Of a stretch of DNA of 64,000 bases, positions 57,482-64,000 are shown one piece after another. Position 1 is the stretch's first letter; the number at the start of each line of letters is the position of its first letter. Origin of the DNA: a virus; the IMG/VR virus record IMGVR_UViG_3300028399_000005, positions 19,943 to 83,942 of that record; one strand, written 5' to 3'. Under the pieces are notes generated by a model, which saw only the letters and a program-made list of their open reading frames with translations, was not told where the DNA came from and did no database searches. Position numbers and translations under genes: made by a program.

Positions 57482-59134
57482 TCAAGCTTCTTCGCTCGAG
57501 ATCGAGCGGTACTTCGAAATGAAGTACTTTCGGAAGTCCTCTTGCGCCTCGAGGAACGAGGCTTCTTCGCCCGCCTGCCCCGTCATGATGACCGAGATGA
57601 CCTCAATCTTGCGGAACATGAACTCGACGAGTTCTCGGTCAAAATCGCTGTCGACAACCCGTAGAATCGTTGTGAACACTGGGTGGTCGGTCGTCATGCG
57701 GTGCGCCCTCGATTCTGCTTGCAGAAAGTCGCCCGCAGACCACGGCAGATCGTTGAAGATGACGTTCTCGGCGCGTTGAAGGTTGAGCCCCACGCCCCCC
57801 GCGCTCGAGACGATGACGAGCGCGTCCAGGCGCCCCTCGTTGAAGTCCTTGACGTTCTGCGCCCGTTTCTTGCCAGTGATCTTCCCGCTGATCACACCGA
57901 CTCTGACTTTTTTCTCGACGAGCTCGGCGATCCTCGTGGCGACTTGTTCGAAGTCCGTGAAAATCAAGCAAGGCACCGCTTCTTCGACGATCTCGGGAAT
58001 GACCACGGTCTTGTTCATGGCGAGTTGATGTTTGTATCGTTGCAAGTCCCCGATCGAGCCAGAGTAGAGCAAGCCACGGCTCGGGAGCTCGACGCTGACG
58101 TCGAGCACGTGGCGGTTCAGAGACGGGAGCTCTTTTGCGACGTCCTCTGCGTTCACAACTTGCATGTACGGGCGCAACCGATCGTGCAGTTCCTCGAGGT
58201 TCTGGGGCTCTCCGAGTTCGAGCCCGTAGTAGCCCTCATGGGCGCCGTGGTAGCGCTCCATGAATCGCCTGTAGCCCCACGAATACGGGACGAGATAGCG
58301 GTACATGTTGTAAACGTCTTTCGGTTTTCCGAGCGTCGGCGTGCCCGTCATGAACACGACGAGCGCGTGGTATTGTCGAGCGTAGTTCAAGAGATCGAAA
58401 ACACGGCGGGTTTGGAGCGCCTTGTATTCTTTTATCTTGTGCGCCTCGTCGGCGAAGATCCCGATGACCTCGCCGTTGCGGATTGCTTCCTTGAGGCGCC
58501 CCTCGATGCGCGGGTAATGGCCCCGAAACATGGCATAGCTAAAGATGACAACATCGTATTTTAAGGCAGTGTCGACGTTCACCGTGTTCGGAACGCCCTT
58601 GAAGCGCTTTCGGGAAAAAACGATGGAAGACAAGTGCACGCGTTGCGCTTCTTTTGCGACTTGCGGGACGAGCAAGTCTGGGTTCGGCAGAATGTAGATG
58701 ATGCTCCCCCGTCCCTTTTGTTTCTTGTAGAGCGCCCCCGCGCCGAGGGCAGTGATCGTCTTCCCGAGCCCCATCTTGTACGCGAGCAAGAAGCGCTTGT
58801 TTTGCAGAATCTTGTAAACCCCGATTTTCTGGTAGTTTCGGAGCCCTACATCGAAGTCGAAAGGAAGCCTGTTTGCGACTTCGAGGATCTTTCGCTCCTT
58901 AATCGGGCGTATCTTCTCGACGAGAGAGTTCACTGCTTGGGCGACCTCTCGTTCTTCCGCCGAGACGACGCCACGAACCAACGTTTCGTCGTCTCGGAAC
59001 CAGACACGCCTCTGTCCGTCCCAGCGGAAGCCGAGACGCTTCAAAAGTTCTTTTCTTTCGTACGTGTTCCCGTGGGCTTCTATGCGATAGTTGCGCCACG
59101 AGAACACGATATCGCGCCATATTGCTCGCATCAT
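57482..59134 (-). CDS. SNF2-family SF2 helicase
   Basis: LRNYQ, MGLGKT, DEAH, MTGTP, GGVGLNL, QAESRAHR. Confidence 0.9.
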   Translation of the reverse strand: MMRAIWRDIVFSWRNYRIEAHGNTYERKELLKRLGFRWDGQRRVWFRDDETLVRGVVSAEEREVAQAVNSLVEKIRPIKERKILEVANRLPFDFDVGLRNYQKIGVYKILQNKRFLLAYKMGLGKTITALGAGALYKKQKGRGSIIYILPNPDLLVPQVAKEAQRVHLSSIVFSRKRFKGVPNTVNVDTALKYDVVIFSYAMFRGHYPRIEGRLKEAIRNGEVIGIFADEAHKIKEYKALQTRRVFDLLNYARQYHALVVFMTGTPTLGKPKDVYNMYRYLVPYSWGYRRFMERYHGAHEGYYGLELGEPQNLEELHDRLRPYMQVVNAEDVAKELPSLNRHVLDVSVELPSRGLLYSGSIGDLQRYKHQLAMNKTVVIPEIVEEAVPCLIFTDFEQVATRIAELVEKKVRVGVISGKITGKKRAQNVKDFNEGRLDALVIVSSAGGVGLNLQRAENVIFNDLPWSAGDFLQAESRAHRMTTDHPVFTTILRVVDSDFDRELVEFMFRKIEVISVIMTGQAGEEASFLEAQEDFRKYFISKYRSISSEEA

Positions 59135-59202
59135 GTTCTATTCACAATAATGATTGATAATATAAAAGTATAGTGGTTTATAATAACCGTTAAAGAATGT
59201 GG

Positions 59203-59487
59203 TTATACGTAGGCTGTGCTGGTAATCTTGTCGATGTCTTTTGCGCGAATTTTTACGTCTCGCCAGTTGCAGATTCGTAGCTCTTCCCCGCAATCGCATG
59301 TTTCCACGGCGCCTACCTCGTCGTCGTAGTAGATCGGCAGACCGCACAGCGGGCATGCTTCCATCATAGCCCCGCACACGCAGACCAGCCGTATCCAGTA
59401 ATACGATTCGCCGTCCACGGGGTCTGCATACGGGATTACTCGGTCGAGCTTGAAGTCCCCGCAATTCTCGCACTTGAACCCCGTCAT
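59203..59487 (-). CDS. multi-Cys Zn-finger protein
   Basis: CENC, CVC, CPLC and CDC motifs. Confidence 0.65.
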   Translation of the reverse strand: MTGFKCENCGDFKLDRVIPYADPVDGESYYWIRLVCVCGAMMEACPLCGLPIYYDDEVGAVETCDCGEELRICNWRDVKIRAKDIDKITSTAYV

Positions 59488-59837
59488 CAGCTCTGCACCT
59501 CAGCGGACACGTCGAGGAAGTGCAAGACCTCGCGCACGAAGGTCTCGTCCTCGATCAAGTCTTCTGTGTCATAGTTGTCGAGCTCGACGACGCTGATCGG
59601 GAAAGCGAATACGGGGCGCCCCTCGAACAAGACTCTACGGGGCGTCTCGTGCTTCCCAGCGAGGACGAAGCGGACAGGGCGCCGAACGATGATAGGAGCT
59701 CCGCTACGGTCAAGAGGGTAAGATGGCGTCTCGATTTCGTCGTCGATCTCGAAGATCGTCGTGTAGCGGTACTTTCGTTTCTTCGCTTGCTCTGGGAAAA
59801 TGACGCGATCGATGTCTTTCTTGTCGATCCTAAGCAT
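59487..59837 (-). CDS. hypothetical protein
   Basis: GAGGTGA SD before MLRIDKK. Confidence 0.6.
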   Translation of the reverse strand: MLRIDKKDIDRVIFPEQAKKRKYRYTTIFEIDDEIETPSYPLDRSGAPIIVRRPVRFVLAGKHETPRRVLFEGRPVFAFPISVVELDNYDTEDLIEDETFVREVLHFLDVSAEVQS

Positions 59838-60402
59838 CTTTTGTCTCACCTCGCGTTAGAATAATCTTTAAGGGATAGAACGTCTCGTCCTCGGCGATCT
59901 CGAGCGGTTCGAGCGTGTATACCCGACCAACGCGCCACGAGTATTTCTCGAGTGGCTCGCTAAACTCCCGATCGGTAATGACGGGCATGAGGCGCTCTAA
60001 GTCCCCTTGGTTGAAGAAATAGACCACATGGAAGAAGTCCTCGGTATGGCCCTTTGCGTTCATGGCTCGGACGCTTGAGCGCAAGAACGCTTGAAGGTCG
60101 TCGAGGTTCTTTAAGCGGAGCTGATGGAACCTCGGGGCTTTTCGGAGCGAGATTTGCCCGTTGCGCTTCCCAGTACCAGCGATGACCGCTTCTCGTATTT
60201 TCTCGCCGTCTTCGCTTGGCGTCCCGCTGTTCGGCACAACGGAGACGAAACCGAGCCCTCGGTGCATGAGATAGAACTTCTCCGCCTCGGCGATTTTCGC
60301 CTGCAGTTTTCGGCGGAGAGCCGTCAAACTGTGGATAGACATGGGCATTATGGAGAACTGGAAATACTTTACTTGCTTGACACTCTTGGTTTGCTGAGTC
60401 AT
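59830..60402 (-). CDS. hypothetical protein
   Basis: ORF with upstream TATA box. Confidence 0.6.
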   Translation of the reverse strand: MTQQTKSVKQVKYFQFSIMPMSIHSLTALRRKLQAKIAEAEKFYLMHRGLGFVSVVPNSGTPSEDGEKIREAVIAGTGKRNGQISLRKAPRFHQLRLKNLDDLQAFLRSSVRAMNAKGHTEDFFHVVYFFNQGDLERLMPVITDREFSEPLEKYSWRVGRVYTLEPLEIAEDETFYPLKIILTRGETKDA

Positions 60403-60438
60403 CGTTTTAATATAACGTTTATAATATAAAAAGTTAAT

Positions 60439-61327
60439 TCACCGTTCAAACACGTTTTTTGCGACTTTCGCTTGCAAACGAGAGCGCAGGCGTCGTGCGT
60501 CTTCTCGAACTATGATTTCCACGTTGTCGCCCGAGAAAAGACCGAGTTGTTCGTAACCGATTTTCGCTTTCACGGCGTCAATAAGCTCGAGGTCGATCTC
60601 GTAGCCGACCGCTTGCCTTCCGAGGGCGATAGCGGTCTTTACCGTCGTTCCAGAGCCCATGAACGGGTCGAGCACGGTCTCGCCCTTGTGGCTAAAAAGC
60701 GCGATCAACCTATGCGGGATTTCGGCGGGGAACGAGGCGATCCCTTTCTCCAATGCGTTGTTGTTCGGAAGGACGTTCGTTATTCGCCAAACATTGAGAA
60801 ACCATTTTTCCGCCTGGTAGCACTTGACGTCGATCTTCGATGCTTGCTTAACGGCGGGCGGGACTTTCTTGTAGTCGAAATCGCCGTTCTGGAAGACAAG
60901 GATCGATTCTTGCAAGTTATCGGGATAGTAATACATCGGGTACGGATTCTGGACGAGGACACCGCTCCTTCTGCTGATTCGGATGTAGCCCTCTGGCTTG
61001 AGCCACGTGATCCGTTCCCGATAATTGAAACCAGCTTCTATGAAGATCCTCGTAACGTCGGCGACGAGAGGATATTTCCGCCCGTCGACGAGCACGTCGT
61101 CGATCACCAAGGCGACGATCCTTCCCTCGGCGAGCACACGCTTAATCTCTCTCGCCACGTTCCGAATCAGCGCTAAAGAAATCGTCGTAGCTCTCGAAAA
61201 GTCCTGGATAGTCGAACGGGGCGTTGAAGTACGGCGGGGAAGTAACCACGAGGTGCACGCTGTCGTCCTCGATCTCGGGCATGCTTTGAGCGTCGCCGAA
61301 GATCAAACGGTGTTGCAGTGTGCCCAT
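60439..61327 (-). pseudogene. beta-class N4/N6 DNA methyltransferase with a +1 frameshift near 61175
   Basis: VVTSPPYF in 61142-61327; FPAEIP and [11 protein letters not shown] in 60439-61158; removing one T from TTCTTTAGCG restores DDFLALIRNVAREIK. Confidence 0.78.
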
Positions 61328-61331
61328 AGGA

Positions 61332-61655
61332 TCAGTCCTCTTGTTTCGGGGCGGGGCGGTTCTTCCCGAGGGCGAGAAGTAGCTCGGTCATGCGCCGAAC
61401 GATGTCCTTGACGTTCTCGTCGTCGATTGCGAAACCGAGAGCACTCAATATTTGCATGAACGATCGTTCAACGATTTCTCGCTTCGAAGGTCTCTCAATA
61501 ACGAGCGACGCCGAGTCAAAAATTCCCTCGTACGGTTTCAACTTCGTGAACTCTCGGGGCGGGGGCAAAAGCGGTTGCTCGTCCTCGAAGTCCTTCGCCG
61601 TGGTGCTCTCTTGCTTCGTCCAGTCGATGGTTGCTCGTTTTTTTGCGCCTGTCAT
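61332..61655 (-). CDS. hypothetical protein
   Basis: ORF; start at MTGAKK. Confidence 0.5.
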   Translation of the reverse strand: MTGAKKRATIDWTKQESTTAKDFEDEQPLLPPPREFTKLKPYEGIFDSASLVIERPSKREIVERSFMQILSALGFAIDDENVKDIVRRMTELLLALGKNRPAPKQED

Positions 61656-61666
61656 GGAAAACGCCC

Positions 61667-61903
61667 TCAACCATGGATGTGGCAGAACATTTTGAACTGT
61701 GCGAGCCCCGTTTTCTTGCATATGCCGTCGGTGATGATTTGTTCCAAGAACCGCTCCAACGGTAGCTCGTATTTTTCCATTACGAACTCTTCTACTTCGA
61801 CTGGGAGCCGTAAGAAAAGTTTGAGGTCATAGTTCTTTTTCGGCTTCCTCGAGATAAGCCCACTTAGGTCTTTTGGTTTGTCTGGTTTGGATTCTGATTC
61901 CAT
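61667..61903 (-). CDS. small hypothetical protein
   Basis: GGTGG SD before MESESKP. Confidence 0.5.
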   Translation of the reverse strand: MESESKPDKPKDLSGLISRKPKKNYDLKLFLRLPVEVEEFVMEKYELPLERFLEQIITDGICKKTGLAQFKMFCHIHG

Positions 61904-61929
61904 TTGCGCCACCTTGCTTTCTAAGCTCC

Positions 61930-62106
61930 TTATTTTTCCGCTATGCAATCCCCATAAGTATTGTAGGGGTCGAACGCATACTCGCAAATTTCGTTTATCT
62001 TGCACTTGTAGCATGTGATGTCTTCCTTTGTTATTTCGTAGCCACAACATTCGTTCAACGCTTTAACCACTTTTTCGGCTCTTTCTTCAATACTTTCTTT
62101 GATCAT
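61930..62106 (-). CDS. 58-aa Cys-rich protein, not in ORF track
   Basis: MIKESIEER...CYKC...CEYAFDPYNTYGDCIAEK. Confidence 0.55.
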   Translation of the reverse strand: MIKESIEERAEKVVKALNECCGYEITKEDITCYKCKINEICEYAFDPYNTYGDCIAEK

Positions 62107-62180
62107 TTGGCATCTTTTTCAAAATCTCTGATCGACTAAAAAAGCCTTGTGCGCTGTTATAATCCCATGGAGCGAGCGGA

Positions 62181-62445
<265 letters not shown>

Positions 62446-62611
62446 CCCCGCGCACGAATCAATAAACAAAGCAGAGCTAATTTCAATTCTTTGTGGCAAA
62501 ACAGCCCCATTAATCGACGGAAAGATGTTTCCCCGATAAATTGTTCACAAAAAGATAAACGTCCCGAGATCGAGCAAAAAACGGGCAAAAAATAGGAAAG
62601 CGCTTGAGCGC

Positions 62612-63877
62612 TTAGTATTTTTTAACAATAGAGACTCTCTGGATCTTGGTGTTGAAAAACTTGTGGTTGTGCTCTTTCACGGTTGCTCTGATTCGTAGCC
62701 TGTCGCCGATTTCGAGTCTCGAGAGGTCGAAGGGGTTGTTGGTAAACCAGATTAGCTTGTAGCCCTCGTCGGTCTCGAAGCGCACGATGTAGTATGCGCC
62801 CCAGTTGCCCTCGCGTTCCTCGACTTTGCCGAGGGTAACGTCGACCTCGATCCTCTCGCCGATCGGGGCGATGAACTGCCCCTTCTCGAAGCGGGCTTTG
62901 ATCTGTTGTTTTCGCAGTTTTTCTTGTTCTCTCTTGCGTCGGTGTGCCTCTCGTTTTTCGGCGTTCACGATCGTGTCGTAGGCAAACCATGCGACGATCG
63001 GGACGCTTCGGGGGACGGCGATCTCTGCGCCGTCGCTGGCGATGAGGTTGTTGCGGACGTTGTATTCGAAGTCCGTCTTTGGCTTCATGGCTCGGGCTCG
63101 GGCGTAGAGTTGCGCAACGATGTCCTCGATTTCGTGGTGGTTTGCCTTGACAAAGTTATTGAGCTCTTTGTTGATTTGCTGGTTGTCATAGGCGACTTCG
63201 ACGGGTAGGCTGTCGATGACGGTGTTAGTAACGTATTGAAGGTTATAGATTGTTCTCTTGAGGTCTTTCCATTCGATCGAGTCCCCGTTTTCTTGCGCTC
63301 GGTCGAGGGCAAAAAGAGTGATGGCGACGATTTCATAGACAGTGGGGGTCTCGATCTCGTACGTTCCGCCTCGGCTTGAGACGACGCGGGCGTCAGCGTA
63401 GCGAGACCAGTATTCGAGGGACTTTGTTAGATTGATTCCGAAGTATTCCTCGGCGCAGTTCTTACCGAGGACTTTGACATCGCCGTTTTCCTTGAAAACA
63501 AAATATTTGACTCGGCGCCTGTTGGTACCGCACTTGTCGCAACGAACGGGGATTTCCCCCAAGACAACATCGTCATGGCCCTCGGCGATCTTAGAAACTT
63601 GTCTTATGCCTTTTCGGATTGTGATGAGCCCGACGAACTCGACGTTTTCTTTTCCCACGGTAACGTTCCGTGGGATGTTGAATTCATAGATGTCGGTGGT
63701 GATTTCATACACTACCCCAGGCCCGACGGGGTAGGCTACTTTCTGGGTTCCTACTTTCTTCCATGAAAGTTCGAACCCTATTTTCTTCATTTTTCGGGCG
63801 ATTCGCCCGACAAACTCAAAAAAGCTTGATTCTGTTCCGCGGGCGACGCGGACTTTGAGAAAGTTTTGTGTGTTCAT
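62612..63877 (-). CDS. Zn-binding protein with C-terminal OB-fold-like domain
   Basis: CDKCG...GKNC motif; C-terminal GERIEVDV...ATVKEH..TKIQR; class-1 promoter at 63878-63916. Confidence 0.7.
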   Translation of the reverse strand: MNTQNFLKVRVARGTESSFFEFVGRIARKMKKIGFELSWKKVGTQKVAYPVGPGVVYEITTDIYEFNIPRNVTVGKENVEFVGLITIRKGIRQVSKIAEGHDDVVLGEIPVRCDKCGTNRRRVKYFVFKENGDVKVLGKNCAEEYFGINLTKSLEYWSRYADARVVSSRGGTYEIETPTVYEIVAITLFALDRAQENGDSIEWKDLKRTIYNLQYVTNTVIDSLPVEVAYDNQQINKELNNFVKANHHEIEDIVAQLYARARAMKPKTDFEYNVRNNLIASDGAEIAVPRSVPIVAWFAYDTIVNAEKREAHRRKREQEKLRKQQIKARFEKGQFIAPIGERIEVDVTLGKVEEREGNWGAYYIVRFETDEGYKLIWFTNNPFDLSRLEIGDRLRIRATVKEHNHKFFNTKIQRVSIVKKY

Positions 63878-64000
63878 CAATATAATATACGTAAGGATAA
63901 TATAAAAAGGTTGTGGTAGGGAAGTAATAAACAGGCTTAGAGGGATGAAAAAGTTGAGTAGCAATCCATGCAAAGTCGCCATTCTCGCCCGCAGATGGGA

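Noticed and set aside
61332-61500. Resemblance to the FolE (GTP cyclohydrolase I) N-terminal helices
   Set aside because: Too short and lacks the catalytic C/H motifs; cannot support a deazaguanine pathway call

Overview
The window looks like part of a large head-tail (Caudoviricetes, siphovirus-like) archaeal virus genome. Support comes from BRE/TATA promoters with leaderless starts, GAGGTGA Shine-Dalgarno sites and archaeal-type replication genes: family-B polymerase, XPF/ERCC4 nuclease, PriS-type primase, RFC-like ATPase, a probable PCNA, a Sak4-like ATPase and a SNF2 helicase. It carries a portal-MuF fusion, scattered neck genes and a tail operon with a G/GT-type -1 frameshift. No capsid or terminase gene was recognised. 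Accessory content includes an array-less type IV-B CRISPR-Cas effector operon (csf1, cas11, extra ORF, csf2, csf3, cysH), four DNA methyltransferases (two disrupted), TGT-fold genes and a T4 Rnl1-like RNA ligase. The most striking non-coding signals are: (i) two ~120-nt CCA-ending tRNA-like RNAs whose anticodon arm is replaced by a large structured domain, one with the Ala G3-U70 determinant and one with a kissing-loop pseudoknot; (ii) three gene cassettes next to the type IV-B operon that share a co-varying 35-36 nt 5' RNA hairpin; (iii) two window-wide promoter grammars, CCACAACC-TATA promoters and a CGTTATAACG palindrome; (iv) a symmetric AT-rich origin-like region and an inverted heptamer repeat block. 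All protein calls come from motif recognition by eye; no database search was run.
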